Shown here in pieces: positions 10,133 to 20,022 of a stretch of 64,000 nt of DNA (positions within the stretch are counted from its first letter, which is position 1; the number at the start of each line of letters is the position of its first letter). This DNA is from an uncultured delta proteobacterium (GTDB lineage: Bacteria > Myxococcota > UBA727 > VGSZ01), in contig CAVZJB010000007.1 of NCBI GenBank assembly GCA_963775425.1, positions 160,001 through 224,000 on the forward strand, written 5' to 3'. The notes beneath the pieces are model-generated. The model was not told the origin of the DNA, searched no databases, and saw nothing but the letters and a program-made list of their open reading frames with translations. Made by a program: the position numbers and the translations under genes.

Positions 10133-11727
10133 TGAGCTACCTGGTCATCGCGCTGCACGGCCACCTGCCGTACATCAACCACCCGGAGCACGAGCACTTC
10201 CTCGAGGAGGACTGGTTCTTCGAGGGCGTCGCCGACTGCTACCTGCCCATCCTCGGCATGCTCGACGGGTGGAAGAGCGACTCGGTGCAGGCGTCCATCA
10301 CCATGGGCCTGTCGCCGCCGCTGTTGTCCATGATGACCGACGGGCGGCTGCGCGATCGCATGGCGCGCTACCTCGACGCCCGGCGCGTCCTCGTCGAGCG
10401 CTACCTGCAGACGCTGCCGCACGACAGCCCCTTCCGCACCGCCGCCGAGTTCTCGCGCGAGGAGACGGGGCGCGCGCAGGCCCGCTTCGACGGCTGCGGC
10501 CGCGACGTCGCGCGCGCCTTCGCCGAGCACCACCACGCGGGCCGCGTGGAGATCATGACGTGCAACGTCACGCACGGCCTGGTCCCGGTGCTGCAGGACC
10601 GTGAGGCCGTGCGCGCGCAGGTGCGCGAGGCCGTGCGCGCCCACGAGCGCATGCTCGGCTTCCGCCCGCGCGGCATCTGGATGCCCGAGTGCGGCATCCA
10701 CCCCGAGGGCCTCGCCGCCTGCGCCGACGAAAACCTCTGCTTCACCTTCACCGAAGATCGCGCCGCCCGCTTCGCCTGGCCGCCGCCGCAGCACGACGTG
10801 TATCGCCCGCTGTGGAGCCCCGAGGGCGTCGGCCTGTTCCCGCGCGATCCGGGGAGCGCCAAGGAGGTGTGGAGCGCCGCCGAGGGGTACCCCGGCGACT
10901 TCCGCTACCGCGAGTTCTACCGGGACCTCGGCTACGACGCCCCCGACGCCATGCTCGACGACGTGCACAAGCAGGGCACGGGCGCGCGCAAGAACATGGG
11001 CGTGAAGCTCCACAAGATCACCGGCCGCGTGAACCTCGACGAGAAGCAGCCCTACTGGCCCGCGGACGCCTTCGCCGCCGTGCAGCAGCACGCCCAACAT
11101 TTCGCTGAGCGCCGCGCGCAGGACGCCGCGGACATCGAGCGCGCGCTCGGCACGGAGCCGTGCATCACGGCGGCGTTCGACTGCGAGCTGTTCGGGCACT
11201 GGTGGCACGAGGGCCCGTGGTTCCTCGATCAGTTCCTGCGCAAGCTGGCGTCGGGCACGGTGAGCGGCATGGCCGCGCCGCGACCGGTGACGGCCTACCA
11301 CTACCTCGAGCTCGAGCCCACACAGCAGGTGAGCTTCCCCGCGGTGTCGTCGTGGGGCGACGGCGGCGCGTTCGAGGTCTGGGTCAACGAGCGCAACGAC
11401 TGGGTGTGGCGCCGCGTGCACGACGCGCAGAAGCGCTTCACCGACGTCGTCTCGCGCGTGGGCACCTCGGACCCGGGCCCCCGCGGCCGCGCGGTGCGCC
11501 AGGCCTACCGCGAGCTGTTGCTCGCGCAGTCGAGCGACTGGCCCTTCATCCTCACCATGGGCACGCAGATGGGCTACGCGCAGAAGCGCCCCGTGGTGCA
11601 TCTGTCGCGCTGCCATCGTTTGTTGACGGGGCTCGAGAGGGACAGCGTCGACGAGGCCGACCTCGCGCAGATGGAAGAGCGCGACGCCGTCTTCCCCGAC
11701 TGCGACCCGGGGAGCCTGCTGAGCTGA
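10132..11727 (+). CDS. GH57 family 1,4-alpha-glucan branching enzyme (DUF1957)
   Basis: LHGHLPYI, EEDWFFE, GIWMPEC (nucleophile Glu), FDCELFGHWWHEG, ELLLAQSSDWPFI. Confidence 0.93.
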   Translation: MSYLVIALHGHLPYINHPEHEHFLEEDWFFEGVADCYLPILGMLDGWKSDSVQASITMGLSPPLLSMMTDGRLRDRMARYLDARRVLVERYLQTLPHDSPFRTAAEFSREETGRAQARFDGCGRDVARAFAEHHHAGRVEIMTCNVTHGLVPVLQDREAVRAQVREAVRAHERMLGFRPRGIWMPECGIHPEGLAACADENLCFTFTEDRAARFAWPPPQHDVYRPLWSPEGVGLFPRDPGSAKEVWSAAEGYPGDFRYREFYRDLGYDAPDAMLDDVHKQGTGARKNMGVKLHKITGRVNLDEKQPYWPADAFAAVQQHAQHFAERRAQDAADIERALGTEPCITAAFDCELFGHWWHEGPWFLDQFLRKLASGTVSGMAAPRPVTAYHYLELEPTQQVSFPAVSSWGDGGAFEVWVNERNDWVWRRVHDAQKRFTDVVSRVGTSDPGPRGRAVRQAYRELLLAQSSDWPFILTMGTQMGYAQKRPVVHLSRCHRLLTGLERDSVDEADLAQMEERDAVFPDCDPGSLLS

Positions 11728-11779
11728 GCGGCGTGACGACATTCACGCTGACGACGACGTCTTGCCCCGCCGCGAATCA

Positions 11780-12067
11780 TCACGACGCGACGCGGAACAA
11801 GAACGCGCGCCGCGCCCCACAGGACCTGCAGCGCGTGAGGACGCGCCACAGTTCGCCCTTGGGCCCCTCGCCCTCGACGACGCGGGCGCCGCCGCACGAG
11901 CAGCGCGCCTCGGCGACGGCGTCGTCGACGGCGGCGTGGGACACCACCAACCGCGGCTCCTTGTCCTCGCTCCACGTCGCCTTGCGCAGCGCGCGGTTGC
12001 GGGCGATGCGCTTGTAACCGAGGGCTGCGGCGGCGATGAAGATGGCGAGGGTGAACAACAGACCCAC
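11780..12067 (-). CDS. Small membrane-anchored zinc-ribbon-like hypothetical protein
   Basis: N-terminal TM helix followed by CSCGG...CRSCG. Confidence 0.6.
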   Translation of the reverse strand: MGLLFTLAIFIAAAALGYKRIARNRALRKATWSEDKEPRLVVSHAAVDDAVAEARCSCGGARVVEGEGPKGELWRVLTRCRSCGARRAFLFRVAS

Positions 12068-12076
12068 GCCGCGACC

Positions 12077-12748
12077 TCAGAGCTCCGGCGCGGGCGGGCG
12101 CAGGCGGGCCTTCAGCATCTCGACGGCGATGGGCATCACGCTGATCATCACGATGATGATGACGACAATCTCGAAGTTCTTCTTCACCCACGGGAGCTGC
12201 CCGAAGAAGAAGCCCGAGAGCGCGCAGATGCTCGTCCACAACAGGCCGCCGGCGGCCGAGTACGCGAGGAAGCGCGCGTACTTCATCTTGCCGATGCCCG
12301 CGACGAAGGGCGCGAAGGTGCGCACGATGGGTACGAAGCGCGCGAGGATGACGGTCTTCGGCCCGTGCTTCTCGTAGAAGCGCTGGGTCTTCATGAGGTG
12401 CTCCTGCTTCACGAAGCGCAGCTTGGTGAAGCCCGGCCCGATGAAGTAGCCCACGCGATAGTTCACCTGGTCACCGGTGAACGCCGCCAACGCCATCAGC
12501 GGCACCACGACGACAATGCTCATCCCCGCGCCGCTCGGCGCGTCGCCGGTCGACGCAGCCGCGCACAGCGCGCCCGCGGCGAACAACAGCGAGTCGCCGG
12601 GGAGGAACGGCGTGACGACGAGGCCGGTCTCGCAAAAGATCACCAGGAACAGGATGCCGTAGATATAGGTGCCGTACTCGGCGGCGAGCCGCGCGAGGTG
12701 GACGTCGACGTGGAGGAACACGTCGATCGCCTGGTGAACCATGTCCAT
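12077..12748 (-). CDS. dedA: DedA family membrane protein
   Basis: FCETGLVVTPFLPGDSLLFAAG...GDQVNY...ARFVPIVRTFAPFVAG. Confidence 0.95.
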   Translation of the reverse strand: MDMVHQAIDVFLHVDVHLARLAAEYGTYIYGILFLVIFCETGLVVTPFLPGDSLLFAAGALCAAASTGDAPSGAGMSIVVVVPLMALAAFTGDQVNYRVGYFIGPGFTKLRFVKQEHLMKTQRFYEKHGPKTVILARFVPIVRTFAPFVAGIGKMKYARFLAYSAAGGLLWTSICALSGFFFGQLPWVKKNFEIVVIIIVMISVMPIAVEMLKARLRPPAPEL

Positions 12749-13046
12749 GCCGGCACGGTACCGGCCCCCCGGCGGCCGGGCAAGGCGCCCTCGGCGCCGC
12801 GCGATGAGCCGCGTCGACGACGACGACGGCGGCGACGCCGAAGACCTCGAGGGCGTCGCTCGAGCGGAACATACGGGACCCGCGGTGACCTGCGGTGAAG
12901 GCGTGAGCGACGCCCCTGCCGATGAGCGGCCGGAAGTCCGCGCCTGCGGACCGCGACGAAGATCACAGACGACCGCATTTCTTGGCTTCTGTCGCAGCCG
13001 GAAACGTGCAAATAGGCGGCGCGCTCACAGCAGCAGCGGAGGCCCG

Positions 13047-13838
13047 GTGCGTCACCATCCTCTCGTCCTTCTCGCGCTCGTCGGCGCGGCGCCGCTCCTG
13101 GCGCAGGAGCCGCCGCCCCCACCGCCGCCCATGGGCGAGGTGCCCGTCGGGCCGCCGGCGGGCGCCAACAAGCCCGAGGAGCCTTTCGAGGAGCTGCCCA
13201 TCCTCACGTGGCAGGAGGAATTCGAGCTGAATTCCACGGTGCGGCAGGTGATCTTCAACGCGTACCTGCCGATGCTCGCGCGCCCCACCTTCTATCGGGG
13301 CGTCCACGACGACTCCATCCCGAACCAGGTCAAGGACTGGGACTACCAGCGCGACGGCGTCAAGAAGCAGCTCCTCGCGCGCCAGGACGTCGTCGATCGC
13401 CAGCGCCGCGCGCACGCGGCCATGCCGTCGCCCGAAGTCGACGCGATGATCTCGCCGCTCAAGAAGAAGGACTTCCGCCCCGAGCAGCTCGAGACCCTGC
13501 TCACCTCCAGCCCGCGCTTCGAGGACCTCGCCGTCACCGTCACCCGCGTGCAGCCGCTCGGCGGAGAGACGTACCGCGTGGACTTCTCGGTGAAGACCAA
13601 GGCCAACGGCACCGTGGAGGAGACCAAGTTCGACTCCATCGACATCGTGCACAAGGGCGGCATCTGGCTGTTGCCGATGAAGATCCTCCTCGACGTCGCT
13701 CCGCAGGCGCGCGCGCAGGCGGCGGTGGCGGCGGGCCAGCCGCTGCCGCCTGGACAGTTCGTCAACAACTTCATCGCCGTCGCCGAGAAGACCCTCAAGG
13801 ACGTCGTGCCCTTCGACATCCCCTTCCTTCCCAAGTAG
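13047..13838 (+). CDS. Secreted hypothetical protein
   Basis: GGAGG before GTG 13047; signal peptide (PLVLLALVGAAPLLA-QE); Pro-rich linker. Confidence 0.7.
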   Translation: MRHHPLVLLALVGAAPLLAQEPPPPPPPMGEVPVGPPAGANKPEEPFEELPILTWQEEFELNSTVRQVIFNAYLPMLARPTFYRGVHDDSIPNQVKDWDYQRDGVKKQLLARQDVVDRQRRAHAAMPSPEVDAMISPLKKKDFRPEQLETLLTSSPRFEDLAVTVTRVQPLGGETYRVDFSVKTKANGTVEETKFDSIDIVHKGGIWLLPMKILLDVAPQARAQAAVAAGQPLPPGQFVNNFIAVAEKTLKDVVPFDIPFLPK

Positions 13839-13858
13839 GGCGGGGGCTCGTCCCCCGC
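13835..13858 (+). repeat. GTAG-type REP palindrome
   Basis: GTAGG-GCGGGGG-CTCGT-CCCCCGC: 7-bp stem; its GTAG supplies the upstream stop codon. Near-identical copy at 30038-30061. Confidence 0.8.
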
Positions 13859-13920
13859 TTCGCGCGTCGCCCTTCCTTCGCCCTTCAGACCGTCATCACC
13901 GCTTTCACCGAGGACCCGCC

Positions 13921-14628
13921 ATGCTTCGCCGTATCGCGCTTCTGTCCGTGCTCGCCACCATCATGATGTCGACCACCGGCTGCTTGACGAGCCTCTTGTC
14001 GGCGCTGCCCATCCCCATCCCGGGCTTCGGCGGTGAGCCGTCGCCCTCGGGCGAGGAGATCCAGCTCCTCTACGCCAAGGGCATCCGCTCGATGATGCCG
14101 GACCCCATCAAGGACCTGAAGATCGCGCCCACCGAGCGCGTGTGGGTCGTCAACGAAAACGGTGGCACCAACAGCGACAGCCCCGTCGACGCCCTCACCT
14201 ACGACGCCATCATCGACGTCCTGCGCGGCAAGGGCGTCTCCGAGGTGGTCGCGCGCGACGACGACATGATGCGCTCGCTCTACGTCGAGTACACGGAGAG
14301 CGCCAAGCTCCAGTCCCGCGCGGACTCGCTGTCGCGTGACGGCCGCATCCAGCCCGCCGACGTCATCCTCGCCTATCGCCTGATGCGCCTGAACACCAAG
14401 CAGCCGGGCTTCATCATCCTCGGCCTGCGCTTCCTCGTGGGCGGCCTCATCGGCCTCGTCGCCGACGCGCAGCCGAACCTCAGCGACGGCGTGCGCCTCG
14501 TGCTCCACCTCGAGGCCATCGACGTGAAGACCGGCACCACGCGCGCCACGCGCATCGCGGAGCACGTCGAGCGCCAGCCGGATTGGTTCGCCGCCGACTA
14601 CGTGTTCGGCGACTTCAACGGCCGCTGA
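13921..14628 (+). CDS. Lipoprotein, possibly CsgG/TolB-N-like fold
   Basis: Signal peptide ending TTGC; EVVARDD...ADVILAY...LEAIDVKTG pattern. Confidence 0.6.
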   Translation: MLRRIALLSVLATIMMSTTGCLTSLLSALPIPIPGFGGEPSPSGEEIQLLYAKGIRSMMPDPIKDLKIAPTERVWVVNENGGTNSDSPVDALTYDAIIDVLRGKGVSEVVARDDDMMRSLYVEYTESAKLQSRADSLSRDGRIQPADVILAYRLMRLNTKQPGFIILGLRFLVGGLIGLVADAQPNLSDGVRLVLHLEAIDVKTGTTRATRIAEHVERQPDWFAADYVFGDFNGR

Positions 14629-14660
14629 CGCCGGGGCTTGTCCCCCGTCATGGACCCCGA

Positions 14661-14669
14661 TGATAGGGT
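14661..14669 (+). promoter_or_regulatory. Extended -10 element of a probable leaderless transcript
   Basis: TGaTAGGGT, 7 nt before ATG 14677. Confidence 0.55.
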
Positions 14670-14676
14670 CCGGGCC

Positions 14677-16185
14677 ATGGCGACGACGCGCCCCCGCATC
14701 GGCGAGCTGCTCCTGGCCCGCGGCGTGTGCACGCGTGAACAGTTGCGCGAGGCGTGGGAGCAGAAGGTCCTGTACGGCGATCGCCTGGGGACCAACCTGC
14801 TCGCGCTCGGGTACGTGCAGGAGCAGGACCTGGCGGAGGCGCTCGGCCAGCAACTCGGGGCCCACAGCGGCCACGGCGGCGTGATCGCTCCCGACAAAAA
14901 CGCCCTCAAGCTGGTGCCCAAGAACCTGGCGGTGAAGCGCATGGTCGTCCCGCACCACGTCGCGGACCGCCAGCTCTTCTTGATGATGCGCGATCCGCTG
15001 GACGCCATCGCCGTCGACGAGGTCGCGTTCGCGTCGAGCATGAAGGTCACGCCCGTCGTGGTCTGCGAGGCGCGCATGTGGCAGCTCCTCGAGGTGCACT
15101 ACGCCGCCGTCACGAGCCTGAGGCCCGTGCCGCTCGACGGCGTGGTGCGCGTGCACCGATCCGCCCTGGAGGACGCCACCTCGAGCGTCGCGCTCGGGCC
15201 GGAGCTCACGAGCGAGGACGACTTTCAGCGGCTCTATGCGCGCGCCCACGGCAACCCCGCCGAGGAGCCCGACGCGGAGCCGGCCGCGGCGCCGCCACCG
15301 GTGCACGCGCCCATCGGCTCCGACGACGAAGACGAAGACGAAGACGACCTCCTCGACAGGACCAGCCCCGCGCGCCCCGCGGCGCTCCTCGCCGAGCGGG
15401 ACCCCGGCGGCGAGCAGGGCGTGCTCGCGCCGCCGCGCGCGAATTTCGAGGAGAACGATTGGCGCGACACCATCGAGCACACGCAGCCGATGATGGCGCG
15501 GCCGCGCTTTCTGCCCTCCGAGCAGGGCGACGAGCCGGAGCAGATCATCGATCTCGTCGAGGTCACCGACTCCTTCTCGCCGGAGATGCTGGAGGCGGCG
15601 CGCGGTGCGCCGGCGGAGGCGACCACGCTGGAGCCGCCGCTGGTGCGGCAGCAGACGCAGGACTTCCACGTCGAGCCCGTCGAGCCCGTCGAGCCCGTCG
15701 ACGACAGCCCGCTGTCCTTCGCCGACGCCACCCGGCTCCTGCACACGGCGAGCGACCGCACCGCCATCGCCCGCATCGTCTTGCGGGCGGCGCGCACGCG
15801 CTTTTCGAGGGCGTGTCTGCTGGCGGTGTACCCGGACCGGCTCGTCGGCTGGGTGGGCCTCGGCGAGGGCATGGAGAGCGAGAGGCTCCGCGACGTCGTG
15901 ATGCGGCGCGATGACAGGAGCGTGTTCTCGCGGGTCGCCGAGAGCCGCTCCCACCACCTGGGGCCGCTGGCGCGCCTGCCCGAGCACGGCGCGTGGGTGA
16001 AGGCCACCGGCCGTCAGATCCCGAAGTCGCTCGCGGTGTTTCCGATCCTGGTGCGCGGCCGCCCCGTCAACCTGCTCGTGGTCGACAACGGGCACGATCA
16101 GAACGTCGACAGCGATGTGGGAGAAGTCCTTATCCTCGCCCAGCAGATCGCCAAGACCTACGAGACCTTGCTCACATCCGCGTAA
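14677..16185 (+). CDS. MshEN/GspE-N-terminal domain protein without an ATPase domain
   Basis: RIGELLLARGVCTREQLREAW...RLGTNLLALGYVQEQDLAEAL tandem motif; acidic linker; GAF-like C-terminus; no Walker A motif. Confidence 0.8.
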   Translation: MATTRPRIGELLLARGVCTREQLREAWEQKVLYGDRLGTNLLALGYVQEQDLAEALGQQLGAHSGHGGVIAPDKNALKLVPKNLAVKRMVVPHHVADRQLFLMMRDPLDAIAVDEVAFASSMKVTPVVVCEARMWQLLEVHYAAVTSLRPVPLDGVVRVHRSALEDATSSVALGPELTSEDDFQRLYARAHGNPAEEPDAEPAAAPPPVHAPIGSDDEDEDEDDLLDRTSPARPAALLAERDPGGEQGVLAPPRANFEENDWRDTIEHTQPMMARPRFLPSEQGDEPEQIIDLVEVTDSFSPEMLEAARGAPAEATTLEPPLVRQQTQDFHVEPVEPVEPVDDSPLSFADATRLLHTASDRTAIARIVLRAARTRFSRACLLAVYPDRLVGWVGLGEGMESERLRDVVMRRDDRSVFSRVAESRSHHLGPLARLPEHGAWVKATGRQIPKSLAVFPILVRGRPVNLLVVDNGHDQNVDSDVGEVLILAQQIAKTYETLLTSA

Positions 16186-16217
16186 CCGTCCCCGCCGCTG
16201 CCTCGTATGGTCCGCAT

Positions 16218-16709
16218 ATGAACCGTCGCGCCTTCGTCTCTACACTGGTCCTGGTCCCGCTGGCCGCCTGCGCGACGCGCGCAGGTGAGCCGCTCAAAGC
16301 GCCGCCGCGGAGGTTCAAGGTGCAGCACACCGACGCCGAGTGGAAGAAGCTCCTGAACGCGGAGCAGTACGACGTGCTCCGCCACAAGGGCACCGAGCGC
16401 GCCTTCAGCGGCGCCTATTGGAACGAGCACAGAAAGGGCGTCTACAAGTGCGCCGGCTGCGCCACGCTCCTGTTCTCGTCCGACACCAAGTTCGAGTCCG
16501 GCACGGGCTGGCCGAGCTTCTGGGCGCCCGCCGACAACAAGAACGTCCTCGAGATCGAGGACCGGAGCTTCGGCATGGCGCGCACCGAGGTCGAGTGCGC
16601 CACCTGCGGCGGCCACCTCGGCCACGTCTTCGACGACGGCCCGCCGCCCACGCACCTGCGCTACTGCATGAACTCCGCCGCTCTGAGCTTCGAGCCCGCC
16701 AAGACCTGA
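16218..16709 (+). CDS. msrB: Peptide-methionine (R)-S-oxide reductase MsrB with a Tat/lipoprotein-like signal
   Basis: GTERAFSG, CxxC pairs, SGTGWPSF, GHLGHVFDDGP, RYCMNS; N-terminus MNRRAFVSTLVLVPLAAC. Confidence 0.96.
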   Translation: MNRRAFVSTLVLVPLAACATRAGEPLKAPPRRFKVQHTDAEWKKLLNAEQYDVLRHKGTERAFSGAYWNEHRKGVYKCAGCATLLFSSDTKFESGTGWPSFWAPADNKNVLEIEDRSFGMARTEVECATCGGHLGHVFDDGPPPTHLRYCMNSAALSFEPAKT

Positions 16710-16784
16710 GCGGCCGGCTCGACGTCACCGCGCCTCGCGCGCCTCGCGGGGGGCGCCTTCCCCCCGGCGCGTCGGGATCATTGT

Positions 16785-16793
16785 TGCTAGCAT
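16785..16793 (+). promoter_or_regulatory. Extended -10 element of a probable leaderless transcript
   Basis: TGcTAGCAT, 7 nt before GTG 16801; no SD sequence. Confidence 0.6.
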
Positions 16794-16800
16794 CGGGGTC

Positions 16801-17565
16801 GTGAAGCGCCGCGATCTCCTCGCCGTCGCGCCCGGCCTCGTCGCCGCGGGCCTCTTTGCGGGGCGCGCGCGCGCCATCGGGCCGCGCAGCGAGGTGAGCG
16901 CCGGCCGCGTCAGGCACGGCGGCACGTGGGACACGCGTCCGGAGGCGCTGCGGCGCATGCTGTGGGAGGCGGGCAAGCGCACCTCGATCAACGTCGCGCG
17001 CGACGCCGTCGTCGTCAGCCTCGAGCCCGACGGCAGCCCGGCGGCGCGAGAGCTGTTCTGGCAGCCGCTGTTGTTCCTGACCGGCGAGGGCGAGATGCCC
17101 GCGTTCAGCGGGCGCGCCCGCGGCCGCCTCGAGCGGCACCTGCGCTTCGGCGGCACGCTCGTCGTCGACACGCCGAGCGCGTCGGATCCGTTCTACGAGA
17201 GCGCCAAGCGCGAGATCGCCGCGTCCCTGCCGCACAGCACCATCCGGCCGCTCGGCGAGGACCACGTCATCTACAAGAGCTTCTACCTGCTCGACGAGGC
17301 GGTCGGCCGCACCAAGGACGACAAGCACCTCTACGGCATCGACATCGCGGGCCGCGCCGCCGTCATCTTCTCCACCAACGACCTCCTCGGCGCCCTCGAG
17401 CGCGACCGCTTCGGCACGTGGCGCTTCGACTGTGAGCCCGACGGCGACTCGCAGCGCGAGATGGCCTTCCGCCTCGCCACGAACATCCTCATGTACGCCA
17501 CGTGCATCGACTACAAGGCCGACCAGGTGCACATCCCGTTCATCATGAAGAAGAAGCGCCACTGA
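16801..17565 (+). CDS. DUF4159 domain protein
   Basis: PLLFLTG...HLRFGGTLVVD...HVIYKSFYLL...NILMYATCIDYKADQVH; twin-Arg signal. Confidence 0.85.
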   Translation: MKRRDLLAVAPGLVAAGLFAGRARAIGPRSEVSAGRVRHGGTWDTRPEALRRMLWEAGKRTSINVARDAVVVSLEPDGSPAARELFWQPLLFLTGEGEMPAFSGRARGRLERHLRFGGTLVVDTPSASDPFYESAKREIAASLPHSTIRPLGEDHVIYKSFYLLDEAVGRTKDDKHLYGIDIAGRAAVIFSTNDLLGALERDRFGTWRFDCEPDGDSQREMAFRLATNILMYATCIDYKADQVHIPFIMKKKRH

Positions 17566-17566
17566 C

Positions 17567-19882
17567 ATGTGGAAGCACTTCCTCCCAGAAGGCTTCAACG
17601 CCGTCGATGTCGTGAGCCTCTCCCGCCTGCCGGCCGTGGTGCTGGTGGTCGTCTCGGTGGCGCTGGCGGCGGCCGTGGTCCTGTCGTTCTTCGCAACCCA
17701 CGGCGCGCCGCCGCGGGTGCGCGCCGGGCTGCTCGCGCTCCGCGCGGGGCTCGCGCTCGCCTTGCTCGCGCTCGTCCTCGAGCCCGGGCTGCGCCTGATG
17801 GCCACGAGCCGCGAGGCCAACCGCGTCGTCGTCGCCGTGGACACGTCGGGCTCCATGGCCGAGACCGACGGCGACGGCGGCACCGCGCGCGAGAAGCGGG
17901 CGGCGCAGGCCGCCGGCGACATCGTGAAGGATCTCCTCGCGCGGGAGCAGCCGTTCGCCCCCGAGGTGTGGCTCTTCGACGACGGTTGGCGCCGCGCAGG
18001 CCCCGAAGAGCTCCAAAAGCTCGCCGTGGGCGAAGAGGCGCCCGAGGGCAAGGGCAGCAAGCTCGCGCTGCCGGTGACCTCGGTGCCGGTGGGCGACAGC
18101 GAGAAGCCGCTGGGCGGCCTCGTCGTCATCAGCGACGGCGCCGACACCACCGGCCTCACCGGCTCGCTCACCGCGGAGCTGCGGGACGCCGCGCGCGCCC
18201 TCGGGGCGCCGGTGCACACCGTCCTCGTCGGAGAGCCGGCGCACTTCAAGGACGTGGCGCTGTCTGCCGGCGTCGTCGACGAGCTGGCGTTCGTGAGGAA
18301 CAAGCTGGTCGTCGACGTCACCGTGCGCCACAAGGGCTACGCCGGGCAGGAGGTGCCCCTGGTCCTGAAGGAAGACGGCCGCGTGGTGTCCACGACGTCG
18401 GTGCTGCTCGAGGGAGACACCGGCGAGCAGAAGGCGAGCTTCACCTACGAGCCGCAGCGCGCGGGAAAGCGCATCTACACCGTGGAGGCGCCGGCGCTGC
18501 CCGACGAGGTGGTCGTCGAGAACAACCGCGTCGACTTCACCCTCAAGCTCATCCGCGATCGCATCCGCGTGTTGCAGGTGGCGGGGCGGCCTTCGTGGGA
18601 CGAGCGCTTCGTGCGACGCCTGTTGAAGGAGAACCCCAGCGTCGACCTCATCTCGTTCTTCATCCTGCGCAGCATCACCGACGTCGCCAACGCCTCCAAC
18701 CGCGAGCTGTCGCTGATCCCGTTCCCCACCAAGGAGCTGTTCACGGAAGAGCTCGGCACGTTCGACGTCGTCATCTTCCAGGACTTCAACTTCCGCCCGT
18801 ACAACATGGGCATCTACCTCGAGAACGTGAAGCGCTTCGTCGAGGACTCCGGCGGCGGCTTCATGATGATCGGCGGTGATCTCTCGTTCTCGGAAGGCGA
18901 GTACGACGGCACCCCCATCGCCGACATCCTCCCGGTGAAGCTCCTCCCGGGGACGGGACACACCTCGACGGAGCCGTTCACGCCGCTCGTCACCGACGCG
19001 GGCAAGAACCACCCGATCACGGACCTCGGCGACGTCACGTCGGGTGAGGGCTACGACGCGCTGCCGCCGCTCGAGGGCGTGAACCTCACGGCGGGCCTCG
19101 CCGACGGCGCGGAGACGCTGCTGGCGCACCCGTTCCTCAACGTCGCCGGCGGGCCGGCGCCCGTGGTGGCCGTGCGCGAGGTGGGCAAGGGCCGGACCAT
19201 GGCGGTGCTGACGGACTCCACGTGGATGTGGTCGCTGCCGCACGTCGGCAACGGCGGCCGCGGCGACGCCCACCGTCGCTTCTACGCAAACGCCCTGCGC
19301 TGGCTCATCCGGGACCCGGAGCTGTCGCGCGCGAAGATCGTCGTGGACCTGCCCGACGCCGCGAAGGGCATCGAGCCGGGCGCTCCGGTGCCGCTCGAGG
19401 TGCGTACGTTCAACGCGAAGTACCAGCCCGAGGGAGCGGACGCGGTGCAGCTCACGCTGACGCCGCTCGACGCGCCGGGGACGACACCGGTGGTCCTCGA
19501 CGGGGTCACGGCGAGCGACGGCACGTATCGCGCGTCGTTCACGCCGCCGACCCCGGGCGCGTGGCGCGCGCGGGTCGAGGCCAAGGCGGCAGACGGCAAG
19601 TCCATCGGCTCCGACGAGGACGCGTTCGTGGTGCGGGCGACGGCCACGGAGAAGCTGCACCGCGAGCCGCGCCCGGACGTCATGCAGGCGCTCGCGCAGG
19701 CCGGCGGCGGCAAGGCCGTCGGCGCCGACGCCGTCGCGGGGCTCCCCTTCATCGACCACGGGGTCGAGCGCGTGCACCGGCAGAAGACGGAGCCCCTGTG
19801 GAACCGCGGCGTCTCCATCGCCATCGTCGTGCTCCTCGGCGGCCTCGAGTGGTGGTGGCGCCGTCGCCGCGGCTTCGCCTGA
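17567..19882 (+). CDS. Membrane protein with vWA-like and glutamine-amidotransferase-like domains
   Basis: Two N-terminal TMs; MIDAS-like DTSGS...SDG; SFFILR; GGGFMMIGGDLSF; C-terminal EWWWRRRRG. Confidence 0.8.
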   Translation: MWKHFLPEGFNAVDVVSLSRLPAVVLVVVSVALAAAVVLSFFATHGAPPRVRAGLLALRAGLALALLALVLEPGLRLMATSREANRVVVAVDTSGSMAETDGDGGTAREKRAAQAAGDIVKDLLAREQPFAPEVWLFDDGWRRAGPEELQKLAVGEEAPEGKGSKLALPVTSVPVGDSEKPLGGLVVISDGADTTGLTGSLTAELRDAARALGAPVHTVLVGEPAHFKDVALSAGVVDELAFVRNKLVVDVTVRHKGYAGQEVPLVLKEDGRVVSTTSVLLEGDTGEQKASFTYEPQRAGKRIYTVEAPALPDEVVVENNRVDFTLKLIRDRIRVLQVAGRPSWDERFVRRLLKENPSVDLISFFILRSITDVANASNRELSLIPFPTKELFTEELGTFDVVIFQDFNFRPYNMGIYLENVKRFVEDSGGGFMMIGGDLSFSEGEYDGTPIADILPVKLLPGTGHTSTEPFTPLVTDAGKNHPITDLGDVTSGEGYDALPPLEGVNLTAGLADGAETLLAHPFLNVAGGPAPVVAVREVGKGRTMAVLTDSTWMWSLPHVGNGGRGDAHRRFYANALRWLIRDPELSRAKIVVDLPDAAKGIEPGAPVPLEVRTFNAKYQPEGADAVQLTLTPLDAPGTTPVVLDGVTASDGTYRASFTPPTPGAWRARVEAKAADGKSIGSDEDAFVVRATATEKLHREPRPDVMQALAQAGGGKAVGADAVAGLPFIDHGVERVHRQKTEPLWNRGVSIAIVVLLGGLEWWWRRRRGFA

Positions 19883-20022
19883 CCCGGCAGCGTGACGACG
19901 TCTCGGCGGCCGGAGGTGACGGTCGCCGTTCGAGCCTTCCCCGGCGCTGATCGCCGTCCGGTTCCTCGACCGAGGCCCGCCTTTGCCCTAGATTGACGGG
20001 GCCACGCACGCGGGGAGAGGCC

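Noticed and set aside
12761-13046. Intergenic region as a riboswitch or sRNA
   Set aside because: I could not match any conserved RNA motif; it is consistent with divergent promoters.
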